This document shows, in pieces, positions 51,691-61,109 of a DNA stretch of 64,000 nucleotides. Where the stretch lies: assembly GCA_964291285.2 (NCBI GenBank), contig OZ219785.1, positions 320,001-384,000 of the forward strand. Reading direction: 5' to 3'. Origin of the DNA: Alphaproteobacteria bacterium (lineage in GTDB: Bacteria; Pseudomonadota; Alphaproteobacteria; Bin95). Numbering within the stretch: position 1 is the first letter of the stretch; every line of letters begins with the position of its first letter. The translations under genes and the position numbers were made by a program. The notes below the pieces were generated by a model that saw only the letters and a program-made list of their open reading frames with translations, made no database searches and was not told the DNA's origin.

Positions 51691-52994
51691 GGCCGGACTT
51701 CCTCCCGCCGCTGCCGCTTCCAGAGCACGCGCAGCAGTAGCAGGCTCAGGAGACACCCCAGCGTGCCTGACAGGAACAGGCCTTCCCGAAGTCCGCCCAT
51801 GGGCTCCACGAACAAGCTCAATGGGCCGGGATAGAACTGGAAAAGCACTATGACCGAGGAAAACAGCGCGAACTGCGTGGCCGTATAAGAGGGTCTGCAA
51901 AGCCCCATCATGTAGGCCGCAAGGGCCACCGCTCCGAATCCGTCGCCGAACGCTCTGGTCAGCAAAGCGAGACCGTTCCAGACGGACTCGAGCGAGGCCA
52001 AATGGAACGCCAGCAGAGTCGAATTCGACAGTAGAAGCACGCTTCCCGCGACCAACAAGCCCGGCAACGGACCCCGGCTATAGATCACCATCCCTCCGAG
52101 AATTGCCCCAACCAGCGAGACAAAATGAAGGACTGGTTTGTCATGACCGGGGAGTTCCGTGCTGCCCAGGCCGAGCTTGTAGAGCAGGATGAAAGCCAGT
52201 ACCGCGGGCCAGCCCGGACGGATGAAGAACTCCGTCAGCGGGGCGACGAAAACGCGGGAAAACCAGGCGGCAGCAGCGCCGCCCAGCCTGGCGGCCTTGT
52301 CGGAGAGGCGGCGTTCCCGTGCAGCTGTGTCAAGATCCTTCACGCAGGCGGGTTCGGGACCGAGCAGGGCGACAACAATGCCGACCAGCAGCAACGCCGG
52401 CACCGCGACATAGGCAACTGCCCCATCGTATCCGTTATCCGAGGCCGCCACGATCAGGCCCGTCGCCGCCGGGCCGAGGCCTGTCGCGAGTCCGGTAACC
52501 GCATCGCCGGCACCGTACCGGTCTTCTTCCAGTATTTCGATGCGATAGGCGTTGACGACGGCGCTGAGGCAGGACGAGGCAAAGACAACCGGGAACCCGA
52601 AAAGCAGGACGGTCCAGAAGCCGGCCGACGGATGGACAACCCCCAGGACGGGAATCGCCGCCATGCTCGCAACAGTCGTAACCAACATCCAGGATCGGCG
52701 CCGGCCCAAGCGGCTCGCGAGCCAGGGCAGTGGCAGCCTGTCGAGCGCCGGCGCCCAGAAAAAGCTCACGGTGGAAACTGACATCAGTGCGATCCCAACA
52801 AGGGAGGAACTCTCCATTCCGAGATGAGAAAACCGCACAGAAATGTGAAACATCCAGAACAAAGGCACGCCCATGCAGAAGCCGAGCGGCAGCATGAGGG
52901 CGATGTGGGGGTGCCAGAAGGCCCTCGCCGAGCGGAGGAAACCGAGGCGGCGGGCGGGCGGGAGCGCTGCTTCCATTCGGTCGCTTCGCCTCAC
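51687..52994 (-). CDS. Divergent AmpG-like MFS transporter paralogue
   Basis: [63 protein letters not shown]. Start may be ATG 52976. Confidence 0.8.
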   Translation of the reverse strand: MRRSDRMEAALPPARRLGFLRSARAFWHPHIALMLPLGFCMGVPLFWMFHISVRFSHLGMESSSLVGIALMSVSTVSFFWAPALDRLPLPWLASRLGRRRSWMLVTTVASMAAIPVLGVVHPSAGFWTVLLFGFPVVFASSCLSAVVNAYRIEILEEDRYGAGDAVTGLATGLGPAATGLIVAASDNGYDGAVAYVAVPALLLVGIVVALLGPEPACVKDLDTAARERRLSDKAARLGGAAAAWFSRVFVAPLTEFFIRPGWPAVLAFILLYKLGLGSTELPGHDKPVLHFVSLVGAILGGMVIYSRGPLPGLLVAGSVLLLSNSTLLAFHLASLESVWNGLALLTRAFGDGFGAVALAAYMMGLCRPSYTATQFALFSSVIVLFQFYPGPLSLFVEPMGGLREGLFLSGTLGCLLSLLLLRVLWKRQRREEVRP

Positions 52995-54655
52995 GCCGGC
53001 GGGGGGATGTCGCCGCCGTCGGCCACGGGATAGACGCGGAGCGGGCGTTCGCGTCCGCGTATCTCGACCAGCCGGGACGGGACGGTGGAGAAATCCGCCC
53101 CGGCGAGGCGCACGACACGCTGCGAGATCACGGCCTGGCAGGCGAACTCCTTGGTCATCGGCTCCAGCCGGCTCGCGACGTTGACCGCATCCCCGATGGC
53201 GGTGACCGAGGTGGCGCGGCTGTAGCCCATCTCGCCGACGATGACCGGGCCGGCATGGAGGCCGACGCCGATGCGCAGCGGCTCGTTCAACTCCTCGCCG
53301 AGCGCGGCGTTGAGTTCGCCCAGCGCCGCCGCCATAGCGCGCACCGCCTCCAGCGCGCTCCGGCAGCCTTCCCGGGGGTCGCCGTCGATGCCGAACAGCG
53401 CCATCACCCCGTCGCCGATGAACTTGTCCACATGGCCGCCCGCCTCCTCGACCGCGCGGCCCATGGCGAGGAAGTAGCGGTTCAGCAGGAACACCACGTC
53501 ATAGGGCAGCTTGTCCTCCGACAGCCTGGTGAAGGCGCGCAGGTCGGCGAACAGGATGGCGATCTCGCGCTCCGCGCCCTGCTGGCTGCCCGTCCGCGCC
53601 CGCGCTTCCGCCGGCCCGGCCGTTGCCGGCAGCAGGGGCATGAGCGTCACGTCGCCCGCGGGAACCGTCTGGCAGGCGAGGCGCACCCGCTCCGGCGCGC
53701 CGATGCGCCCGAGCAGCGCGCGCTCGCCGTCGGCCGGCGGCGGCAGCGCATCGAAGCCCCGCGACACATGCACCCGGCAGGTGGAGCACCGGCCCCTGCC
53801 TCCGCAGACCGAGGCATGGGGAATGCCGGCGGCGCGGCTCACCTCCAGCAGGGTGGCGCCGGGTTCGGCCCGCACCACCCGCCCGTCAGGATAGGTGACG
53901 CGCACCGGGCGCTGCCGCCGGGCCCGAAGCGCGCGGACCAGCCGCCAGGCGACCAGCGCGGCTATCGCCATGCCGGTCATGGTGCTCATCCGTGCCTCGA
54001 TGCCCTGCACCCATTCGACACCCTCGCGTCCGGGGAAACGGATGCCTTCCAGCATGGCGCCGACCCAGCCGGAATCCGCCGCGGCCAGCGCCAGCACGTC
54101 GCGCCCGCCGACCGCGAAGCCCGCAAGCGCCAGCGCCGGCAGCAGCAGCGCGGCTGCGAAGAGGAACGGCAGGGCGCTTCGGTACCATGCCTGGAGACGC
54201 AGCCAGAAATGGATGCCGATACAGCCATGCGTCCAGGCGGCGGCCATCAGCGCGATCTGTTGCCAGGGATCGCTCCATGTCGCCCAGAGGACGAAGGGAT
54301 AGCTCGGGTCCATGCCGAAGCGCAGCGAGAGCCCGAGCGTGCCCAGCATGTGCAGGCAGAGCAGGAAGGGGATCGCGAGGCCCAGAAGCTGCTGCGCCGC
54401 TTCCCAGACCGGCATCTTCAGGTCGCGCTTGCGGAAGAGACGGGCGACCGACAGCGCGCCGTGGACGGCGAAGCTGCCGACCAGCAGCACCGTGCCCGGC
54501 GGGCTGCGCCAGACGCCGGCGAAGACGCGCCGCCCGTCTTCCATCGCCTCCACCGAGGCGAGGCCGAACGTATGGTTCAGCAGATGGCCCGCGACATAGA
54601 CGAACAGGACGACGCCGCTCCAGAGCCGGAGCTGCTGGATCAGGCGGCCGCGCAT
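52991..54655 (-). CDS. Membrane adenylate/guanylate cyclase with a 2Fe-2S ferredoxin domain
   Basis: N-terminal TM region with HLLNH and HGCIG, HASVCGGRGRCSTC..RLACQ, FADLRAFT, DKFIGDGVMA, GDAVNVASRLE. Confidence 0.93.
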   Translation of the reverse strand: MRGRLIQQLRLWSGVVLFVYVAGHLLNHTFGLASVEAMEDGRRVFAGVWRSPPGTVLLVGSFAVHGALSVARLFRKRDLKMPVWEAAQQLLGLAIPFLLCLHMLGTLGLSLRFGMDPSYPFVLWATWSDPWQQIALMAAAWTHGCIGIHFWLRLQAWYRSALPFLFAAALLLPALALAGFAVGGRDVLALAAADSGWVGAMLEGIRFPGREGVEWVQGIEARMSTMTGMAIAALVAWRLVRALRARRQRPVRVTYPDGRVVRAEPGATLLEVSRAAGIPHASVCGGRGRCSTCRVHVSRGFDALPPPADGERALLGRIGAPERVRLACQTVPAGDVTLMPLLPATAGPAEARARTGSQQGAEREIAILFADLRAFTRLSEDKLPYDVVFLLNRYFLAMGRAVEEAGGHVDKFIGDGVMALFGIDGDPREGCRSALEAVRAMAAALGELNAALGEELNEPLRIGVGLHAGPVIVGEMGYSRATSVTAIGDAVNVASRLEPMTKEFACQAVISQRVVRLAGADFSTVPSRLVEIRGRERPLRVYPVADGGDIPPPA

Positions 54656-55659
54656 GGGTTCCCGATGCCCGCGGACGCGGCGGCGGGCAGGCCGGCCAGC
54701 GGCTCGCCGGCCCGCGCTCCCATCTGCTCGATGATCCGGGCGGCTGCAAGGCTCCCCAGCCAGGCGCATTCGGCGAGCGGACGGGACCGCGCATAGGCAT
54801 GCAGGAAGCCCGCGGCATAGAGGTCGCCGGCCCCGGTCGTGTCTGCGAGACGGGCGGGCGGCGCGGCCGGCACCTCCTCGCGCCCGGCGCCGGAAACGAT
54901 GAGCGAGCCTTGCGCGCTCCGCGTAAGCGCCGCCGTTTCGACAATTGCCGAGACCATGTTCGCGGCGTCCCGGAGCCCGGCGGCGCCGGTCAGCGAAACC
55001 ACCTCCTCCTCATTCGCGAACAGGATGTCCACCCGCTCCGCGATCAGTTCGAGGAAGGTCTCCCGGTGCCGGTCCACGCAGAACGGGTCGGAGAGGGTGA
55101 GCGCGACCTTGCGCCCGGCGGTGCGGGCGGCGTCCGCCAGCTTCACCATCGCCGCCTTGGCCGCAGGCGCATCCCACAGATAGCCTTCCAGATAGGTGAC
55201 GGCCGCCTCGGCCGCGGCGGCCTCGTCGATGTCCGCCGGCTCGATCTCGGCGGCGGCGCCAAGCATGGTGAGCATGCTGCGCTCGGCGTCGGGCGTCACG
55301 AAAACCAGGCATCGCCCGGTAGCGGCGCCGGCGGTCGCGGCCGGCGTGTCGAATCGCACGCCGGCCTCGCGGATGTCGCGGCGGAAGGCAGTGCCGGCAT
55401 CGTCGTCCCGCACCCGACCGATATAGCCGGCCCGGGCGCCGAGCGAAGCGAGGCCCGCCGCCGTGTTGGCCGCCGAGCCGCCGGAACGCTCGGCGGCTGG
55501 AACGACCTCGCCGTGAAGCTCTGCGGCGCGGGACCCGCCGATCAGGGTCATCACGCCCTTTTCGACGCCATGATCGGCGAGCCAGGCGTCATCGACACGG
55601 ACCAGCACGTCGAGCATGGCGTTTCCGACGGCAAGCACATCGAGGGAGGCGGCGCTCAT
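54640..55659 (-). CDS. PfkB-family kinase (adenosine kinase-like)
   Basis: GNAMLD, GGSAANT, YLEGYLWD, FANEEE, DTTGAGDLYAAGFL. Confidence 0.92.
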   Translation of the reverse strand: MSAASLDVLAVGNAMLDVLVRVDDAWLADHGVEKGVMTLIGGSRAAELHGEVVPAAERSGGSAANTAAGLASLGARAGYIGRVRDDDAGTAFRRDIREAGVRFDTPAATAGAATGRCLVFVTPDAERSMLTMLGAAAEIEPADIDEAAAAEAAVTYLEGYLWDAPAAKAAMVKLADAARTAGRKVALTLSDPFCVDRHRETFLELIAERVDILFANEEEVVSLTGAAGLRDAANMVSAIVETAALTRSAQGSLIVSGAGREEVPAAPPARLADTTGAGDLYAAGFLHAYARSRPLAECAWLGSLAAARIIEQMGARAGEPLAGLPAAASAGIGNPCAAA

Positions 55660-55744
55660 GGCAACTCCGGCGCGCGGGGAACGGCGGCGAGTATAGGGAG
55701 GTCGGCGCCGGAAAGCCCGCCCTGCCTTCCTAAGGGCCGCACCA

Positions 55745-56265
55745 TGTCATGAGATGTCATGGTTTACCGTGAAGGCCTGCGGGACACCACGCGATATGTC
55801 ATGAAATGTCATGTTTTGCATGCGCATCGAGCATGTCCCACGGCTGAATCAGGCATGAGGTGGTCGTTTCGGGCGGAGCGTCCGGGTATTCCATCCCGTT
55901 TCCCGGGTTCTGCATCTTCGGCATCGGCTTCTCCTCTCGATCCATCTTCGTTCCAATGTTCCTGCCGCTGGCTCTTCAAGGCGGCGGGACCCTAATTCGC
56001 GCGTAATGTGCGCGGGCGCCCGCGCCTGCCCGTGCACGTTCCGCGGCGGCGCGAATCGCGCGCCTGATTGCGCCTGCGCGCGCGAGGCCGAACACAGGGC
56101 ACACGTCTCCTGCCCGCTGCCAAGGGTCTCCTGGCACCGGCATGGAAGACGAAGCAGCCTCCGGATGCCGCTTTCTTCCTCCTGTCCCATACTATCATGG
56201 ATTTCCGGGGATTTGCTCTTATCAGAGAAATAATTCTGGATTAGTGAACAAAAACACTTCCCCGA
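55745..56265 (-). repeat. Dispersed element copy 2 (inverted relative to copy 1)
   Basis: TGTCATG at 55745, 55755, 55797 and 55807. The reverse complement of 55985-56110 aligns by eye with 41060-41175 (GGAGACGTG..CTCGCGCGCGCA..CAATCAGGCGCGCGA..GGGCAGGCGCGGGCGCCCGCGCA..TACGCGCG..AGGG). Confidence 0.8.
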
Positions 56266-56331
56266 GCATGAAGCTCCCGCCGGGCTTGCCAGGCCGCCAA
56301 GCGCGGCCGCGCGCTCCGCCGCCGGCGCCGG

Positions 56332-56658
56332 TCAACGGATTTCGATCAGCGTCTCGCCCGCCGCAAGCGCGGCCGCCATGGTTTCCATGCGCGGGGCCAG
56401 CCGCGCCCGGAGCGCGGCATTGGTCGTGTTGCCGAGCCTGAGCCAGACGACCTGGAGCCCCGGCTTCAACCGTGCGCGCTCGGCGAAATCCACGTCCTTG
56501 GACCAGATGACGGCGCCCAGGCGGCGCGCTTCGGCTTCGATCCGCGAGTCGGTGGCGGGACCGATGCTGAGGTCGTTCACATGGTCCGCGGGATAGCCCT
56601 CGGCCGTCAGCCAGCGGGCGAGGCCCGGCGGCAATTGCGCATCGACGAGGAAGCGCAA
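56332..56658 (-). CDS. DUF5615-family PIN-like toxin
   Basis: MRFLVDAQLPP..HV..D..I..WSKDVDF..VVWLRLGN. Confidence 0.9.
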   Translation of the reverse strand: MRFLVDAQLPPGLARWLTAEGYPADHVNDLSIGPATDSRIEAEARRLGAVIWSKDVDFAERARLKPGLQVVWLRLGNTTNAALRARLAPRMETMAAALAAGETLIEIR

Positions 56659-56661
56659 GGA

Positions 56662-57375
56662 TCAGGCGGCGTGGACGATGCGGTGCTCACTGGCGGCGGC
56701 CCCCCAGGCGAGCGCCGCCCTCAGGTCGGCATCCTCCAGATAGGGGTAGTCGGCGAGGATTTCGGCAGGCGCCACCCCCGCCGCCATGAGTTGCAGGATG
56801 TCGGACACGCGCACCCTGGTTCCCCGCACATGCGGCCGCCCCCCGCAAATCTCCGGGTCCACCCGAATGCGTCCCTGGGTCTCCGCCGCTTCGTCCAGCT
56901 CTTCGAGAACTTCCCTCAGAACGCAGATCCGGGCGCCCTGTTTCGGAGCCGAATGGCCGTGAGCCTCCATGAATTGCTGCAGCGCGGCGGCCAGTTCGCT
57001 GCCGCGGCGGCTGTCGGCCGACACGACATGGAACCAGTCCGCAAGGACGCGCTCGGTCTTCCGGCCGTCCCTCTCTCCGGACTCCGCCAGGTAGGCGGCG
57101 GCGGTGTTTTGCGAATAGCCGACATATTTGGAGGGAGCGAAGAGCCACGACCCGTCCCCGGAGCGGACCGCATACCAGGCATTCACCCGTTTCATCCGCC
57201 TCTTCAGTTCCATTCCGAAGAGAGCGTCCCCGATTTCGGTCTGGTAACGCACAATGTTCTCGGCTGCCTGCTCCGGGCTGCCGACCAGCCGGGTCCGGGT
57301 GGTTTCGCTCTCCGCCCGAAAGCGGGACATGCTTTCCCGCAGGCTGTGGGGGTCCGACGGCGTATCGCCTAGCAT
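56662..57375 (-). CDS. DUF433 antitoxin with a long N-terminal extra domain
   Basis: C-terminal RIRVDPEICGGRPHVRGTRVRVSDIL..EILADYPYLEDADLRAAL (DUF433), preceded by about 165 aa containing WYAV..FAPSKYVGY..DGRKTE. Start uncertain (57432, 57375 or 57331). Confidence 0.8.
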   Translation of the reverse strand: MLGDTPSDPHSLRESMSRFRAESETTRTRLVGSPEQAAENIVRYQTEIGDALFGMELKRRMKRVNAWYAVRSGDGSWLFAPSKYVGYSQNTAAAYLAESGERDGRKTERVLADWFHVVSADSRRGSELAAALQQFMEAHGHSAPKQGARICVLREVLEELDEAAETQGRIRVDPEICGGRPHVRGTRVRVSDILQLMAAGVAPAEILADYPYLEDADLRAALAWGAAASEHRIVHAA

Positions 57376-57473
57376 CGGATTTCTCCCTGTTGGGATATTA
57401 CCCCATTTACCTGAAATGAAACCGGCAGTCAAGCCGCGCCGCGAAAATGGTGTCCTGCTATGGGGCCAAGACG

Positions 57474-58892
57474 TCAGTCCACCACCTTGCCAGGGTTCAT
57501 CAGGCCGTCGGGGTCCAGGGCGCGCTTGACGGCCTGCATCATCTCGATCTCCGGGCCGGGCTTGTAGTGGGTGATCTCCTCCACCTTGAGCCGCCCGACG
57601 CCGTGCTCGGCGGAGACGGAGCCGTCCAGCCCATTGACGATATCGTGGACGGCGGCGTTCAGCTCGTCCCAGCGCGCGAGATAGGCCTGCTTGTCGGCGC
57701 CGACGGGCTGGGAGACGTTGTAGTGGATATTGCCGTCGCCGACATGGCCGAAGGGACAGGGCCGGGCGCCCGGAATGGTGCGCTCGACCGCTTCGTCCGC
57801 CGCCTCGATGAAGTCCGCAACCCGGCTCACCGGCACCGAGACGTCGTGCTTGATCGAGCCGCCTTCCGGGATCTGCGCCTCGACCACGGCCTCGCGGATG
57901 CGCCAGAGCGCGTTCGCCTGCGCGCCGCTGTCGGCGATGGTCGCGTCCAGCACCAGCCCGTCCTCGAAGGCCAGTCCCAGCGCCTCCTCGACGATCTCGC
58001 GCAGCCCCGAACCCTCGCGGCCGGCATCGGCGCGCAGCAGCGCATAGTGGGTGTAGGCCCGGCCGAACGGGTCGCGCACGCCCGGCACATGCCTGATGGC
58101 CAGGTCGATGCCGAAGCGCCCGATATACTCGAAGGCGGAAACCTGGTCGCCGGTGGCGGCCCGCAGGCGCGAGAGCAGTTCGATCACATCAGGGATCGAG
58201 CGCAGCGCGGCGAAGGCCGTCACCTCCTCGCGCGGCCGGGGGAAGAGCTTGACGCAGGCCGCGGTCACGATGCCGAGCGTGCCTTCGCCGCCGATGAAGA
58301 GCTGCTTCAGGTCGTAGCCGGTATTGTCCTTGCGCAGGCGCCTGAGGCCGTTCCAGACGCGCCCGTCCGGCAGCACGGCCTCCAGCCCGAGCACCAGCTC
58401 GCGCATATTGCCGTAGCGCAGCGTGTTGATGCCGCCGGCATTGGTGGAGATGTTGCCGCCGACGGTGCAGCTTCCCTCGGCGCCGAGGCTGAGCGGGAAC
58501 AGCCGGTCGGCGTCGGCCGCCGCCGCCTGGACATGCTGGAGAATGCAGCCCGCCTCGACCGTCATGGTGTAGTTGAGCGCGTCCAGTTCCCGGATGCGGT
58601 TCATGCGCCCGAGGCTCACCAGAAGCTGGCTGCCGTCCTCGGCCGGCATGGCCCCGCCGCAAAGCCCGGTATTGCCGCCCTGCGGCACGATGGCGACGCC
58701 TGCTTCCCGGCAAAGCCGGACGACGGCCGCCACCTGCTCGGTCGAGGCCGGCCGGGCGACGAAGGGCGTGCTGCCGCGATAGAGGCCGCGCGGCTCGACC
58801 AGAAGCGGCGCCAGTTCGTCCGGGTCGGCGGAGAGCCCGCGCTCGCCCAGAAGCGCCGTCAGCGGCTCCGCCAATGCCTCGGCCCGTGCCAT
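57474..58892 (-). CDS. FAD-binding oxidoreductase (D-2-hydroxyglutarate/D-lactate dehydrogenase-like)
   Basis: PQGGNTGL, STNAGG, RKDNTGYDL, EGTLGIVT, GHVGDGNIH, SAEHGVG, MNPGK. Confidence 0.93.
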   Translation of the reverse strand: MARAEALAEPLTALLGERGLSADPDELAPLLVEPRGLYRGSTPFVARPASTEQVAAVVRLCREAGVAIVPQGGNTGLCGGAMPAEDGSQLLVSLGRMNRIRELDALNYTMTVEAGCILQHVQAAAADADRLFPLSLGAEGSCTVGGNISTNAGGINTLRYGNMRELVLGLEAVLPDGRVWNGLRRLRKDNTGYDLKQLFIGGEGTLGIVTAACVKLFPRPREEVTAFAALRSIPDVIELLSRLRAATGDQVSAFEYIGRFGIDLAIRHVPGVRDPFGRAYTHYALLRADAGREGSGLREIVEEALGLAFEDGLVLDATIADSGAQANALWRIREAVVEAQIPEGGSIKHDVSVPVSRVADFIEAADEAVERTIPGARPCPFGHVGDGNIHYNVSQPVGADKQAYLARWDELNAAVHDIVNGLDGSVSAEHGVGRLKVEEITHYKPGPEIEMMQAVKRALDPDGLMNPGKVVD

Positions 58893-58963
58893 TTCCCGTT
58901 TCCCCTTCAAGCGAATCGGACGCGCTCACATAAGCACCGGCTGCGGCGGCGGCAAGGGCAGTC

Positions 58964-60022
58964 CTATCCCGAAGCTTCAGCCAGCTCCCAGGCGCGTTCG
59001 GCCATGAGCAGGCCGAGGCGGCCGACCTCCTCGGCATTGTCGGAGGCCGCATTGCCGGCGAGGCCGCGGGCGCGCACGCCGTCCAGGATCGAGGCGAAGC
59101 GGAACATGGCGTGGACGTTGTGGACCGGTGTCAGCCCGTCCGGGCGGCCGGCGGCGCGGCGGTAGGTTTCCACGAACTCGTCCTGCTCCGGAATGCCGAG
59201 GGCGCGCCGGTCGAGGTCGCGCACGCCCCAGTATTCGCCCGAGGTGGTGTTGAACAGGATGCAGAGATAGGCGAGGTCGGAAAGCGGGTGGCCGAGCGTC
59301 GCCAGCTCCCAGTCGAACACGGCGACGATGCGCGGTTCGGTGGGGTGGAACATGACGTTGCCGACCCGGAAGTCGCCGTGCGCGACGCGCGTCTCGTCGC
59401 CGTCCGGCATGCGCGGCGGCAGCCAGTCCATCAGCTTGTACATCTCCGGTATCTCGCGCGTCGCCGTCTCCCGGTAATTGCGCGCCCAGCGGTTGAACTG
59501 GCGCTCGAAATAATTGCCGGGCCGCCCGAAATCGCCGAGCCCGACCGCCTCGTGATCAACGGTGTGCAACGCCGCCAGCACCTCGGCGAGCGCGCGGTAC
59601 ATGAGGCGCCGCTCCTCCGGCTCGACGCCCGGCATGGCGCTGTCGGTATAGACGCGGCCCTGCATCCGCTCCATGACGTAGAAGGGCGTGCCGATCACGC
59701 TCTCGTCGTCGGAGTAGAGATATTGCCGTGCCACCGGCACGGCCGTGTCGGCCAGCGCCTTCTGCACCCGGTATTCCCGGTCCACGGCATGCGCCGAGGG
59801 CAGGAGCTCGCCGGGCGGCTTCTTGCGGAGCACATATTCGGCATTGGGCCAGCCCAGCACGAAGGTCGGGTTGGACTGGCCGTAGCCGAACTGGCGCACC
59901 CGGAGCCGGCCTTCCGTGTCCGGCAGCCGGTCCTTGAGCCAGGCTTCGAGCGCCGCCTCGTCGAAACGGTGCGCCTCGCGCACATCGGCGAGCCGCGTGC
60001 CCTCACCCGGATCGATTGCCAT
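58964..60022 (-). CDS. Phosphotransferase family protein (APH/ACAD10-like)
   Basis: GQSNPTF, LRKKPPG.LLPSAHAVDREY, HGDFRVGN, DWELATLGHP. Confidence 0.92.
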   Translation of the reverse strand: MAIDPGEGTRLADVREAHRFDEAALEAWLKDRLPDTEGRLRVRQFGYGQSNPTFVLGWPNAEYVLRKKPPGELLPSAHAVDREYRVQKALADTAVPVARQYLYSDDESVIGTPFYVMERMQGRVYTDSAMPGVEPEERRLMYRALAEVLAALHTVDHEAVGLGDFGRPGNYFERQFNRWARNYRETATREIPEMYKLMDWLPPRMPDGDETRVAHGDFRVGNVMFHPTEPRIVAVFDWELATLGHPLSDLAYLCILFNTTSGEYWGVRDLDRRALGIPEQDEFVETYRRAAGRPDGLTPVHNVHAMFRFASILDGVRARGLAGNAASDNAEEVGRLGLLMAERAWELAEASG

Positions 60023-60158
60023 GGCCGCCCGCTCCCTCCCGATGCGCCCAGCCGGCCACGATAAGGGCCGCCGCCGCCGCCCGCAACGCGGACCCGGCCC
60101 GGTCGCGCGAGCCGCGCGGATGGGGCATGATGGCGGCTCGGGCAGGGAGACAGGACTC

Positions 60159-61097
60159 ATGAAGATTGCAGCGGCGCGCGACTTCCACGACCTCGTCGCC
60201 GAAAGGGCGGCGGCCATCCGGCCAGACATCGAATGGGCGCTCTCGGACGCGAGCGGCGCATGGACTGTTCCGCCCGAAGGCTCGGACATCATCGTCTATG
60301 CGGGCACCGCCTACACGGACAGCTTCGTGGACGACATGCTCTCGATAACGCCGCCGAAATGGGCGCATACGGAAGACGCGGGCATAGACGGGCGCTTCTA
60401 TGACGGCATGCGCGCCAACGGCGTGCCCGTGACGCACAGCCCCGGCGCCAACGCGCCGGAGGTCGCCGAACTCGCCTTCGCCGGCCTCATGTGGGGCGCC
60501 AAGCGGCTCGGCGAACTGCGCGGCCAGCAGAAGGCGCACAAATGGGGCAAGCTCATGCTGCCGGGCCTCAGCGCCACGACCGTGCTCATCGTCGGGCTAG
60601 GCGCCATCGGCAGCCGGGTCGCGCAATACGCCGGGGCGTTCGGCATGACGGTCCACGGTATCAGACGGTCCGCCGAACCGGTGCCCGGCGTGGACCGGCA
60701 AGGCACGATGGCCGACCTGGCGGCATTTCTGCCGGAGGCGGATTTCGTCGTGCTCGCGCTGCCGATCTCGGACGACACGGCCGGCATGATCGATCGCGCG
60801 GCGCTCGCGGCCATGAAGGAGACGGCCGTTCTGGTCAATGTCGGCCGCGGCGGGCTCGTCGATATCGACGCACTCCGGGACGCGCTCGACTCGGGCGCCA
60901 TCGCGTCGGCCTTCCTGGACGTGCTGCCGGTCGAGCCCTGGCCCGCCGACAGCGACCTCTGGGACGTGCCGAACCTGTTCATCACCCCGCATAACGGGTC
61001 GCTCAGCCCCCTCTACGCCGTCCGCGTCGCGGAAATCTGGCTGGAGAACCTGAAGCGCTTCACCGCCGGCGAGCCCCTCCTCCACCGCGCATTCTGA
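60159..61097 (+). CDS. D-isomer-specific 2-hydroxyacid dehydrogenase
   Basis: GLGAIG, VNVGRG, LDV..EP, ITPH. Confidence 0.92.
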   Translation: MKIAAARDFHDLVAERAAAIRPDIEWALSDASGAWTVPPEGSDIIVYAGTAYTDSFVDDMLSITPPKWAHTEDAGIDGRFYDGMRANGVPVTHSPGANAPEVAELAFAGLMWGAKRLGELRGQQKAHKWGKLMLPGLSATTVLIVGLGAIGSRVAQYAGAFGMTVHGIRRSAEPVPGVDRQGTMADLAAFLPEADFVVLALPISDDTAGMIDRAALAAMKETAVLVNVGRGGLVDIDALRDALDSGAIASAFLDVLPVEPWPADSDLWDVPNLFITPHNGSLSPLYAVRVAEIWLENLKRFTAGEPLLHRAF

Positions 61098-61109
61098 GGA
61101 CGGCCGCTC

